Shown piece after piece: positions 22,101 through 31,156 of a DNA stretch of 64,000 bases. Source of the DNA: a virus. Position 1 is the stretch's first letter. Every line of letters begins with the position of its first letter. The position numbers and the translations under genes are program-made. The notes beneath the pieces are model-generated. The model saw only the letters and a program-made list of their open reading frames with translations. It did no database searches and had not been told where the DNA came from. The DNA is taken from IMG/VR virus record IMGVR_UViG_3300023174_000084, positions 51,581 to 115,580 of that record. One strand, 5' to 3'.

Positions 22101-24216
22101 CAGCAAATTGATTTACTTCTGTAATTCTGGTGTTCTGACCTAAATCTACACCTTGTATGACAGCGATAGCACCAGCATTGGTGTTTGCTTGGTTATAAGC
22201 ACCGGCAGCCAGACCGTTAGCACCATTGGCAGTATTATAAGCACTAGCGGCAAATTGATTTACTAAATTACTAGAATTATAGGCAGATTGTGCTAAAGCT
22301 CTTGCCACATTATCTGTTGCAGATCCGACTGATAGTGTGTTTGCAAAAGCAAAAGCAGCTTGAGCTATGCCAGTTCCAGTATTTGCTTGGTTATAAGCAC
22401 CGGCAGCCAGACCATTAGCACCGTTAGCAGTATTAAATGCCGATTGTGCAAATTGATTTACGGCATTAGATGAAGCAAAAGCGGCATTAGCTCTATCATA
22501 GGCATTATTTGCTTTATTTGAAATATCGCCTGTTGATGGTACACTTGAACCAGAAATAACAAAATCTGAAGCACCAGTTATAACTAATTGACCATTATTG
22601 TTACTTAAAACTATGTTATCAATATCAACAGAACCTGGACCAACATATAAACTATGCCAACGTTTAGTTGAACTTCCTAAGTATTGTGTATTGGTTATTG
22701 AAGGTAAAGCATTACCATAAAATATTGTGGATAAATCGTCATTAAATTGTATAACAACATTTGATTCTTCTTGTCCGCCAGCAACAATTTTGGTGTGTTG
22801 ACCTGTAGTATCAGACAAGGTACCAATAATTAAATTGCCACCAACTTGACCTGTGTTACCTTGTACCAATAAAAAACCATCTAATGGATATAAAACACCA
22901 TCTGATGCTTGAGAGTTTTGTATACCTAAATCAATATAAAATGTGGTGTCTGTACCAACATCTGCCGTTACAACAAAGTCTGCTGATCCATTTGGATCAA
23001 TATTTTCAGCATTTATTTGAACATAAGTTGCAGCATTACCAGTGAACTGTGCAATTAAATCCGGCAGAGGTGTGGAGAGTTGTGGAGAAATACCAGCATA
23101 TAATTTATTACTTATATATGCATTGGATGTATTAGACCATTCTGTTGTATTGATCGAACCATTAATGATTAGATTGCCATTTAATGTTTGATTTCCTGAA
23201 TTTTGTAATGAAGTATTTGCTTTATTAAATGCACCAGAAGCCAGACCATTAGCACCATTGGCTGTATTGAAAGCACCAGCAGCCAGTCCGTTTGCGCCAT
23301 TTGCGGTGTTAAATGCTGATTGGGCAAATTGATTTACGGGAGTAATGTTTGTTGCAACGTAAGATTGAGAGGCTATAGTTTCATCATTTTGTAAATCATC
23401 TGTGTATTCCCAAGTTTTGTTAGCTTCATTCCAATAAATTAAAACATTATTTGCTGTACCACGGTCGACTTCGATACCAGCATCAAATACTGGAGCTCCA
23501 ACAGTATTTGCGTTTAGAGTTATAAAACTATCATCAACATTAATATTGGTAACATTTGCATAAAATGTTTGACCGGTTACTGTTAAGTTGCCAGTAACGG
23601 ATACATCTCCTGAAATTGTTCCTCCAGAAGAATTAAATTTACTATTGGCAGTATTAAATGCTGACTGAGTAAATTGATTTACAGCTGTAATTGTGTTGTT
23701 CTGGCCTAAATTTACACCTTGAATAATTGCAATGGCAGTATTCTGGTCTACATTAACGGTCTCAATAGAATTTAATCTAGTGTTCTGAGTATTATCAACA
23801 CTCTCAATGATAGACATCCGAGTGTTCTGGTCTTGATTGACTGTTTCGATAGAACCTAAACGGACGTTCTGTGTTAAGTTTACACCTTGAATAATGGAAA
23901 TTGAGCCAGCATTAGTATTTGCTTGGTTATAAGCACCAGCAGCTAGACCATTAGCACCATTGGCTGTATTATAAGATGACTGAGTAAATTGATTTACAGC
24001 TGTAATTGTGTTGTTTTGACTAGTGTTTATACCTTGAATAATGGATAAATTGGCATCAAACTGTGTTTTGTTGATGATATAATTACCACCGACCGTAACA
24101 TTATCATGAACGGTAAGAGTTTTCTGATCGGTATCAACGGTAACTTCTCCAACTGCTCCCGTAAATACAGCAGTTTGTGCTGTATTACCTCTTCTAAGTT
24201 GTAATTGTGTGGCCAT
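19144..24216 (-). CDS. Large tail fibre with Mtd_N-like N-terminus and coiled-coil repeats
   Basis: MATQLQLRRGNTAQ...GEVTVDTD..TLTVHD (major tropism determinant N-terminal type); many IIQGVDLTQNT and ANGANGLAAGA repeats; C-terminal YRSAKYFVQI domain. Confidence 0.85.
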   Translation of the reverse strand: MATQLQLRRGNTAQTAVFTGAVGEVTVDTDQKTLTVHDNVTVGGNYIINKTQFDANLSIIQGINTSQNNTITAVNQFTQSSYNTANGANGLAAGAYNQANTNAGSISIIQGVNLTQNVRLGSIETVNQDQNTRMSIIESVDNTQNTRLNSIETVNVDQNTAIAIIQGVNLGQNNTITAVNQFTQSAFNTANSKFNSSGGTISGDVSVTGNLTVTGQTFYANVTNINVDDSFITLNANTVGAPVFDAGIEVDRGTANNVLIYWNEANKTWEYTDDLQNDETIASQSYVATNITPVNQFAQSAFNTANGANGLAAGAFNTANGANGLASGAFNKANTSLQNSGNQTLNGNLIINGSINTTEWSNTSNAYISNKLYAGISPQLSTPLPDLIAQFTGNAATYVQINAENIDPNGSADFVVTADVGTDTTFYIDLGIQNSQASDGVLYPLDGFLLVQGNTGQVGGNLIIGTLSDTTGQHTKIVAGGQEESNVVIQFNDDLSTIFYGNALPSITNTQYLGSSTKRWHSLYVGPGSVDIDNIVLSNNNGQLVITGASDFVISGSSVPSTGDISNKANNAYDRANAAFASSNAVNQFAQSAFNTANGANGLAAGAYNQANTGTGIAQAAFAFANTLSVGSATDNVARALAQSAYNSSNLVNQFAASAYNTANGANGLAAGAYNQANTNAGAIAVIQGVDLGQNTRITEVNQFAASAYNTANSKFNSSGGTISGDVNVTGNLSVTGTTFYANTEQLHVKDNIITLNSNVTGVPTLDAGIEVNRGSETNTVLKWSETDHAWEFTNDGTNFFRIADTGRVNSAFALANTNAGSIAIIQAVNLGQNTTITEVNNFAQSAYNTANGANGLAAGAFNTANGANGLAAGAYNQANTNAGVITIIQGVDATQNTRLNSIETINSDQNTTISIIQSVDLGQNTRITEVNQFAASAYNQANTAYSYTTQVEIIAGNAYNKANAAFDSSNAVNQFTQSAFNTANGANGLAAGAYAQANTNASNISIIQGVDLTQNTQIAGIQGVDLAQNSAISIIQGVDLTQNTQIAGIQGVDLAQNSAISIIQGVDLTQNTNITAVNNFAQSAYNTANGANGLAAGAYNQANTNATNITAVNNYAASAYAQANTNAGAISIIQGVDLTQNNNITAVNNFAQSAFNTANGANGLAAGAYSAANSKFSSSGGTITGSVTVTNDLTVNGNVSFVGNVTSVQVTGNTGQFFGYAANGFNALYAGIPTGYLIEPQTVMNLAADYDGYAALQIQNINSGANSSGDYFITADNGSIIDGYLDLGLAGSNYNYPGFSLLGPNDGYLFVSGKANTGGGDLILGTQLQNDIIFAVNGINTENEVARFTSANNLVIKSNNPSSSNSTGSLQVIGGVGVAGNVYADAVYSGQTNILTYAQGVNTSQNTRMSIIEGVDLAQNSAISIIQGVDLTQNTNITAVNNYAAGAFNKANTNADAIAIIQGVDLTQNTNITAVNNYAAGAFVQANTNAGAITIIQGVDAGQNTRISIIEGVDLAQNSAISIIQGVDLTQNTNIIAVNDFASSAYIQANTANTRAFSTVLKSGDTMSGSLTGVTTLGATTISLAEVDTTSNTFTTSSTSQISVDAWPTTTYRSAKYFVQISSGIEYHIIELNLVHNGTTVFLAQYGEVITNSSLGTFDADISGGTVRLLFTGTNAVSTVKLLRTVVDL
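21015..21195. repeat. 84 bp tandem repeat (about 2 copies) encoding IIQGVDLAQNSAIS/IIQGVDLTQNTQIAG units
   Basis: Visible exact duplication in the DNA and a 28 aa period in the protein. Confidence 0.8.
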
Positions 24217-24251
24217 GTTTTATCCTAAAATTCTAATTTATATACTATTTA

Positions 24252-25322
24252 TTACGCCAAGGATCCATAATCGAAAGAATCTGTAACTGGTTGATCATCA
24301 AAACCAGCATCAAAAATAATTGTAACTGGTTGGCCAATATAACCCAAATCAGCAGAAGGAACATCAGGAATGTTTGATGACTGAGCGATTGCATTTCTAA
24401 TAAATGTTACAGTTGTACCATCTACGGAAGGCGTAAACAACAACCTTACATTATTTCCAACAATGTCTGATGAAAAACTTCCTAAAGAATTTAAAGAATA
24501 TACTTCACCAAAAACTGAAGTAAAAGTGTTACTTCCACTTTGCAATATATTTAAATTTAATATGTGATACGATAAGCCAGATTCAATTTGTAATTGGTAG
24601 AAAGCACTTCTGTAAACTAATTTGGAAAAAGAATCAATTGTAACCTGACTTGTTCCTGTAGCATTATAACTTTTTGATGATATATTTGAATTTGCCGTTA
24701 CATCTAAAGATTTAACATTTAATACACCTGTACTCGGATTAAATGTTAAATTATTATTTGAGGTGAATAAAGTATTTGTGTTACCAGAAGTATTATTGGC
24801 AAAGTTAATATAGTAAACATTATTTGAACTATTATCATTTACAATCTCTAAAGATCCACCAGATCCACTAGGTCCAGTTGGTCCAGTTGGTCCTGTGGCA
24901 CCTTCAGATCCACTAGGTCCAGTTGGTCCTGTGGCACCTTGAGATCCACTAGGTCCAGTAGGTCCAGTAGGTCCAGTTGGTCCAGTTGGTCCAGTTGGTC
25001 CTGTGGCACCTGTTGTACTCGATGCAGTTGCATTAATTGTGATTGTTTTTGTTACGGTGCAGGCTGAAATGGTAATATTATTACCGGCTGCAATAGATAG
25101 AGTATCTGTTGGTGATGTTGCAAGAATTAACGAACTATTTGCGTTGATAGTTGCAAATGAGTCGGTTGTTGAACCACTTTGAATAAAAGTGATTGTATTA
25201 TTAGAATTGCGATAATACAGTTTTCCATCAGCGTAGTTTAACGCCAACTCACCATATTCTAGTGAAGAAGGTACATTACCTGTTACGCCTGATTTTTTTA
25301 CCTGTAATATTGTATTTGCCAT
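24252..25322 (-). CDS. Fibre/adaptor protein with short collagen segment
   Basis: N-terminal P..L..GELALN head, about 17 GXY triplets, [10 protein letters not shown] domain shared with 19144-24216. Confidence 0.8.
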   Translation of the reverse strand: MANTILQVKKSGVTGNVPSSLEYGELALNYADGKLYYRNSNNTITFIQSGSTTDSFATINANSSLILATSPTDTLSIAAGNNITISACTVTKTITINATASSTTGATGPTGPTGPTGPTGPTGPSGSQGATGPTGPSGSEGATGPTGPTGPSGSGGSLEIVNDNSSNNVYYINFANNTSGNTNTLFTSNNNLTFNPSTGVLNVKSLDVTANSNISSKSYNATGTSQVTIDSFSKLVYRSAFYQLQIESGLSYHILNLNILQSGSNTFTSVFGEVYSLNSLGSFSSDIVGNNVRLLFTPSVDGTTVTFIRNAIAQSSNIPDVPSADLGYIGQPVTIIFDAGFDDQPVTDSFDYGSLA

Positions 25323-25328
25323 CTACTT

Positions 25329-25904
25329 TTAAAAACTTCCGCCATCTTTCGTTATATCGTCTATTAAAGGTAAAACTGACGACTGATTTGTTATTTCTAA
25401 ATCTTTATCTTTTTCTTCGTCTAATTTTTTACGCTTGGCAGGAGTTAATTGCAAATACTCAATTTGATCATTCAGTTTTTTAATTTTTAATTCATATTCA
25501 TCATGAGTTTTTTTATGATTCTCACGTTCTTTATTTAATTCATTTCTAAAAGTGTCAAGATGATTTACTTGATGTTTAACATTTTCATATTCATTTTTTA
25601 AATTATTTAAGTCATTTAACTGTTTTTCTAATTCACCAATTCTTTCTAAATGACCTCTAATAACATTTTCTAAGTTTAAAATTTTAGAATCAGACTCTTG
25701 ATTTTTATTACTTTTAATCAATTCCAATTCATTTTTTAAATTTTCAATAATTTTTTCAAATTCATTATTTTTTTTAACCTGTTCATTAATAACATCTTCA
25801 GTAACTCGTGCATTAGCTTGTAGAGATATATTCCTAATGACTGCATCTGTCATTGTACCGGTCAATACCTCTACATAATAATTCAAATATTTTTCATTTC
25901 CCAT
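25329..25904 (-). CDS. Coiled-coil hypothetical protein ending DGGSF
   Basis: Lys/Glu/Asn-rich heptads; AGGAG RBS. Confidence 0.75.
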   Translation of the reverse strand: MGNEKYLNYYVEVLTGTMTDAVIRNISLQANARVTEDVINEQVKKNNEFEKIIENLKNELELIKSNKNQESDSKILNLENVIRGHLERIGELEKQLNDLNNLKNEYENVKHQVNHLDTFRNELNKERENHKKTHDEYELKIKKLNDQIEYLQLTPAKRKKLDEEKDKDLEITNQSSVLPLIDDITKDGGSF

Positions 25905-25942
25905 TTCAAACTCCTATTATAAAAAAATTATATAGTCATGAA

Positions 25943-28063
25943 TTAAAACTGACCTCCATCTAATGCTGTTGTCCAAACTGGAACACCAGCATTAGTAACG
26001 GTTAATATCTGATTAGACCAAGTTTGATCCGCAATACCGGCCGCAGCTGTTACTCCTAAATTACCTGTTCCATTACCGTATGTAATACCGTTTTGTGTAA
26101 TCGTGGATAGACCTGTACCACCTTGTCCAACAGTTAATCCTGAAATTGCACCAACTGTAGCAGCAGTGAATCTTCCAAATCCATCAACAGTAATCGATGT
26201 AATTGTATTATTGGAAGTTAAAGTGCCTGTTTGAGTGTATGTGGTATTTGCTAATGAAGCAATTTTTGTGCCATCAAAATATGTAATTTGATTATTAGTA
26301 AATGATGTACCGTTAGTACCACCACGATTTATTGGTAACGTACCTGAAGTAATTGCAGAAGCATCAATTGCAATAGATGTATTTGATACAGCAACAACAC
26401 GGCCATATACATCAGTTGAAAATGCAGCAACAGAAGAGGCTGAACCAAAGGTTTGACCAACAGCAACACTAGAGTTAGCGATTTGTGTTAAACCATTTAC
26501 ACCAGAACCAATAACAATTTGGCCAGAAGTGAATGATGTTTTACCTGTACCACCATTTGGTACTGTGAGAGCATTGGTGAGTGTTAATGTGTTTGCAGTA
26601 ATTGTATCAACTTGTAGGTCGTCAATTACAATATCACCAGTGACAACCAAATTACCAGTAACAGTTAAATTATCATCAATTGTTACTATGCCTGTTGAAG
26701 ATGTAATCGTACCAGGTAGGTTTAATACACCATCGTCTCCAAATGTCCAAAAATGAGCATTGTTTGCACGAATGTATACTTCTTTTGTAGCATCACTTAC
26801 TTGAACATTAGTTTGTTCACCACCCAAATATAATTCAGCACTAGAGGCATCAATTGTACCACCAGCACGAACATGAATATGATTTGGTGCTGTTGGATCA
26901 AGAATGATGTATTGGTCATTGACACCTGGACCATAATTGACACTTGGTGCTAATAAGAGTGTGTTGTTGGTTGTGTCACCAAAAATACGGTTTGCAACAT
27001 ATATTGTATTGGCTTGAACCGTGTTACCAATTGTGTTGCCTTTAAAATATGCTGCATGAACATTGGCTTCACGATATGATGGGTCACTTAGGTTGATGTT
27101 ATTGTTTGCATCAAGTTCACCAGTATAACCTTGGAAGAAATGATATTCTTTTGTGCCGGCATCACGAATCAAACCTGTGTGAGCATTTGAACCATCATTG
27201 TAGTGTGAGGCAAAACCAATATCAAATGTGTCGGAGAAATAGTTTCCTGTACCTAAAAGAAGTAATGGATCTTCAATTTCAAATTGGTCAATGGCAAATG
27301 TTGTAGTATTACCAAATACAAATAAGTTACCTGTTACAGTTAAATCATTGTTTGCACCAATCGTCAATCCTGTATTAATTGTCTGTGTACCACCAGTAAA
27401 TGCGTTAGCACGAACAACAGTATTATCAACATCAAAAGTTACTGTGTCGGTTGCACTTGCAACAGAAGTAATACCGGCACCACCAACGAGTGTTAGTGTG
27501 TCACCACCAGAAACGGTTTGTGATGCACCAGAATCGGCTGCAACAGTAAATGATGTAGAAATTGCTGCAGTTGTAACATTCATTACACGGCCGTTAGCGG
27601 CCACTTGAATGACTGGAATTGCCGTTGTGGATCCATAGGTACCAGCACCAAGACTAGGAACCGCATCGAGAGAAGCGTTAAGTATCACATCACCGGTACC
27701 ATTAAAGGAAACAGCCGATGCGGTGATATCACCACCATCAATTGAGAAATTTCTAGAGTTCTCTAATTGAAGAGCAGCATTTGCGGTACCTTGAATAGTA
27801 CCAATAATGTTTGCAGTAATAAAGTTAAAGGATGCATTACCAGTTGCATCTCGTTTAACAATTGTTGAAGGAGTTGCTTGGCTCGTAGCATTATCAATTT
27901 GAGATGTATAATATTGACCACCAACATTGACAACACCATTGCCAGTAGGAGAACCAATAAAAATAGTATTTGAAGCGTAAGAATATGCTAATTCACCAGC
28001 AAGTAATGATCCTGGTCTTCCAACTGAATTGGAACGTTTGATTAAAATGTTGGTATTTGCCAT
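25943..28063 (-). CDS. Tail fibre-like structural protein ending LDGGQF
   Basis: GELAYS head; repeated GGTG and VDxYGRV fibre motifs. Confidence 0.82.
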   Translation of the reverse strand: MANTNILIKRSNSVGRPGSLLAGELAYSYASNTIFIGSPTGNGVVNVGGQYYTSQIDNATSQATPSTIVKRDATGNASFNFITANIIGTIQGTANAALQLENSRNFSIDGGDITASAVSFNGTGDVILNASLDAVPSLGAGTYGSTTAIPVIQVAANGRVMNVTTAAISTSFTVAADSGASQTVSGGDTLTLVGGAGITSVASATDTVTFDVDNTVVRANAFTGGTQTINTGLTIGANNDLTVTGNLFVFGNTTTFAIDQFEIEDPLLLLGTGNYFSDTFDIGFASHYNDGSNAHTGLIRDAGTKEYHFFQGYTGELDANNNINLSDPSYREANVHAAYFKGNTIGNTVQANTIYVANRIFGDTTNNTLLLAPSVNYGPGVNDQYIILDPTAPNHIHVRAGGTIDASSAELYLGGEQTNVQVSDATKEVYIRANNAHFWTFGDDGVLNLPGTITSSTGIVTIDDNLTVTGNLVVTGDIVIDDLQVDTITANTLTLTNALTVPNGGTGKTSFTSGQIVIGSGVNGLTQIANSSVAVGQTFGSASSVAAFSTDVYGRVVAVSNTSIAIDASAITSGTLPINRGGTNGTSFTNNQITYFDGTKIASLANTTYTQTGTLTSNNTITSITVDGFGRFTAATVGAISGLTVGQGGTGLSTITQNGITYGNGTGNLGVTAAAGIADQTWSNQILTVTNAGVPVWTTALDGGQF

Positions 28064-28114
28064 TTATTTTCTCTCTTTTATTATGTTTAATGTTTTACTA
28101 CTTTGATCTATTTA

Positions 28115-28312
28115 TTAAAATCTACCGCCGTCAATCAGATTAGGACTAACATTGGCAATAAAATTTGGTCCACCTATTTGTACAATCTGATTATTTGCTG
28201 TACCAATAAAAAGTGTATTGGAAACAAACGAGTACGCTAATTCACCATCATCTAACGATGTTGGTCTTGTGTTTGCATAAGAACGAAGTATTTGAATGAC
28301 TGTATTTGCCAT
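28115..28312 (-). CDS. 65 aa adaptor: GELAYS head plus IDGGRF tail
   Basis: Clear similarity to the N-terminus of 25943-28063 (MANT.I.I.RS....RP.SL..GELAYS..SNT.FIG). Confidence 0.8.
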   Translation of the reverse strand: MANTVIQILRSYANTRPTSLDDGELAYSFVSNTLFIGTANNQIVQIGGPNFIANVSPNLIDGGRF

Positions 28313-28536
28313 TAAAAGAATCCTGCATCTAGGTCTGGATTCAATTCTCCAATCGATTGAACCTTAAAACTATTAGTATTTGCTTGATAAGTTATAACAT
28401 CACCATCTTGCACACCAGTTAAGGATAAGTCAGTAGAACCTTTGAGTGACCTTATACCATAATTTAACTGGCGAACAGTTTTATCTTGCTGTTTATTTAC
28501 TTGAACATTGACTGTTCCAATTACTTGTCCTGGCAT
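28312..28536 (-). CDS. 74 aa hypothetical protein ending LDAGFF
   Basis: RBS AAGGA; DGDVITY fibre-like motif; TAATG coupling to the next gene. Confidence 0.75.
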   Translation of the reverse strand: MPGQVIGTVNVQVNKQQDKTVRQLNYGIRSLKGSTDLSLTGVQDGDVITYQANTNSFKVQSIGELNPDLDAGFF

Positions 28537-28545
28537 ACTGGTTCC

Positions 28546-28887
28546 TTAAAACTTGGTGACTTGAGGAATAACATTTACAATTCCTTCTAATACTCTAGTC
28601 ACGGTGTTTGCAGTATCTTTAATTGCCACATCATATACATAACGACCAGCTGCAATATTAGCTGTTGTGTTGGGATTCAACAATAATAAAATGGTACCAT
28701 CTGTTGGATTATTGATTGTTACCACAAATTCAGCGGTTGTATTGGCTGAGTAATATGATTTACGAATTTGACTTTTAGCGATAACACCAGTTAGGTCAAA
28801 AGGCACTCCATTAATATCATCAAGGGTGATATTAGTGGTAAATGTTGTTCCTTGTTCTAAAAATAACTCTTGATATGCTGCGGCCAT
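28546..28887 (-). CDS. Putative baseplate/fibre attachment adaptor
   Basis: LEQGTTF...DLTG....QIRK...GRYVYDV...RVLEGIV.V.P pattern typical of small beta-sandwich virion adaptors in T4-like environmental phages. Confidence 0.65.
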   Translation of the reverse strand: MAAAYQELFLEQGTTFTTNITLDDINGVPFDLTGVIAKSQIRKSYYSANTTAEFVVTINNPTDGTILLLLNPNTTANIAAGRYVYDVAIKDTANTVTRVLEGIVNVIPQVTKF

Positions 28888-28934
28888 CTTATATCCTGTG
28901 TATAATTTCTCTTAGGTATTTAGTTACCAAAGGT

Positions 28935-30929
28935 TTATTTGGACTTTTTTAGTTCATCAATCTCTAGTTTAAGTTCTTTGATGGCTTCAACTAAAAGAGG
29001 AATAACCCTTTCGTATTTAATTGTTAAATATTGTTCATCAATTGGAGCTGGTACCACAACTTGTGGTAAAACTTTTTGTACCTCTTGAGCGGATAAACCA
29101 ACCTCATCTTTTACTGCATAACCTAAAGCTTGAGCTGTTTCATTTGGTTTGTAATGAAAACCATTTAAAGTCATTAACTTATTCAAAGCGTTTTCTATAT
29201 TACCTAACTTTGTTTTTAACCTATCATCTGAGAAATAACCAGAAATATCTCCTGTAGCACGAATTTCACCCGTGGTTCCTGAAGCAGCCGTACCAACACC
29301 TAAAGAACCAAACTGAACAGAAGCACCTGTGTTTATATTTTGTGGTAAAGATAAAGTTGGAGTGGTTGTTCCTGTTACAGTAATTTGATTCGTTGTACCA
29401 GTAATTGATGTCACTGGTGCGGTACCAGAGCTTAGTGCGGTTACACGACCATAAGCATCAATTGTCAAAGAAGCGTTCGTTGCTGAAGTTGCACCTGGAC
29501 CAGCAGTTGCAAGATCAATTGTTGGAGTTAATCCACCAGAAGATGTGATACGACCTGATGTACCTGATACAGAACTTACACGGTTATTAGCGGTATTGTA
29601 TGAACCTTGAGCTAAACCATTAGCACCATTAGCCGTTGCATAAGCACCTCCAGCAAATTGATTGATATGGGTAATGCTGGTGTTCTGATTAGTATTAACG
29701 GTCTCAATAGAATTTAGACGTGTATTTTGTGTGGCATCTACACCTTGTATAATAGAAATGGCTGTATTTTGTGCAATATCTACTGTTTCAATAGAACCTA
29801 ATCTGGTGTTTTGAGTTATATCCACACCTTGTATAATACTGATTGCAGTATTTTGTGCAATATCTACTGTTTCGATACTATTCAACCTAGTATTCTGTGT
29901 ATTATCCACACCTTGAATAATACCAATACTGGTATTCTGATTGCTATTAATGGTCTCAATACTTTGAATACGAGTATTCTGTGTATTATCTACATTCTGT
30001 AAATAACTAACAGCTGCAGATGTAGCTACATTTGTTGCATTTGGATTTGTTGTTGAACTACTGAGATACTCATCAGTTAATATGCGATAGTAAATACCAC
30101 TAACCACATCATTCATATCAAAGTATGTGTTAGCTTCATTCCAACGAATTGCAGCATTGGCACCAGATAATCCACGATTTACTGTAAATGAACTGTTTAA
30201 ACCTGATGCACTATTCGCATTAATTGTAAAATTGTTTGTGTTATAAATGGTTGTACCAACAATAACAAAATTACCACCAACGGATAATTGTCCACCAACT
30301 GAAGCATTATTTGTTACACTTAAAGATGCCGTAGAAGTTGAGTTGAAAGCAGTTAAATCGGAAGCAGAAACATCTTCAATTGCTGTTAAATTTTTACTGA
30401 CAAATACATTAGAAGAAAGCGTTGTATCACCAGAAACAGAAAGAGTATTACTAACTACTGTTACTCCAGATACAGATAAACTACTACTCAATGTTGTTGC
30501 ACCAGTAACATTTAATGTTCCACCTACAGTTTCATTACCACCAACAGCTAAAGTGCCACCAATAGTTGTATTGTTTGCAACAGCCAAACCAGTACCAGAG
30601 CCCGAAGCGGTGATTCTTCCGTTAGAAATTAATTGACCAGAGTTGGTCAAACCTAATACGGTGTTTTGAAAGTATACTTGTGTGTCAACACGCAGATTGT
30701 TTTGAATATAAGCTGATGAACCAATACCTTGTACCTGTAATTGACCAGCAATAATAGCATTGTTTGCAATCTGTAGACCTAAATTTGGATCATTAAGATA
30801 TAATGTTCCAGTTGGTTTGATATAGTTATTGGCCGCCAAGTCATTGTTTTCTTTTGCAAGATTATTTGTCGTAACGACCCAATCGCCAAATGTATTGGCA
30901 TAGGTAAGATAATTAACTGTGTTGGCCAT
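28935..30929 (-). CDS. Tail fibre with S74-like chaperone
   Basis: N-terminal NTFGDWVVTTN anchor; IIQGVD repeats; YFSDDRLKT autocleavage motif. Confidence 0.85.
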   Translation of the reverse strand: MANTVNYLTYANTFGDWVVTTNNLAKENNDLAANNYIKPTGTLYLNDPNLGLQIANNAIIAGQLQVQGIGSSAYIQNNLRVDTQVYFQNTVLGLTNSGQLISNGRITASGSGTGLAVANNTTIGGTLAVGGNETVGGTLNVTGATTLSSSLSVSGVTVVSNTLSVSGDTTLSSNVFVSKNLTAIEDVSASDLTAFNSTSTASLSVTNNASVGGQLSVGGNFVIVGTTIYNTNNFTINANSASGLNSSFTVNRGLSGANAAIRWNEANTYFDMNDVVSGIYYRILTDEYLSSSTTNPNATNVATSAAVSYLQNVDNTQNTRIQSIETINSNQNTSIGIIQGVDNTQNTRLNSIETVDIAQNTAISIIQGVDITQNTRLGSIETVDIAQNTAISIIQGVDATQNTRLNSIETVNTNQNTSITHINQFAGGAYATANGANGLAQGSYNTANNRVSSVSGTSGRITSSGGLTPTIDLATAGPGATSATNASLTIDAYGRVTALSSGTAPVTSITGTTNQITVTGTTTPTLSLPQNINTGASVQFGSLGVGTAASGTTGEIRATGDISGYFSDDRLKTKLGNIENALNKLMTLNGFHYKPNETAQALGYAVKDEVGLSAQEVQKVLPQVVVPAPIDEQYLTIKYERVIPLLVEAIKELKLEIDELKKSK

Positions 30930-31152
30930 TTGAACCTTTATCTATTAGTTGCATCATCAGTTTTTTAATGTCCTGCATATCACCTCTAATGCTTTCAATT
31001 TCTGATTTTATATTATTTATTTCTTGTTTTTGAGCCAATAAAACATTACGTTGTTTCATGTAGGCATCGAGTCCACTCTTATCTTGATTGATGAGAGCCA
31101 TAGATGTCGTATCACGAACAAAAGTAGTTTCTGGTATTTGAACTAAACTCAT
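30913..31152 (-). CDS. Small coiled-coil hypothetical protein
   Basis: FVRDTTSMALIN...EINNIKSEI; typical companion of the large upstream structural gene. Confidence 0.7.
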   Translation of the reverse strand: MSLVQIPETTFVRDTTSMALINQDKSGLDAYMKQRNVLLAQKQEINNIKSEIESIRGDMQDIKKLMMQLIDKGSNGQHS

Positions 31153-31156
31153 TTTA

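Noticed and set aside
19144-24216. Mtd_N-like domain suggesting a diversity-generating retroelement target
   Set aside because: No reverse transcriptase, and no template/variable repeat pair with adenine-specific mismatches was seen; the repeats lie in stalk regions, not the C-terminal tip
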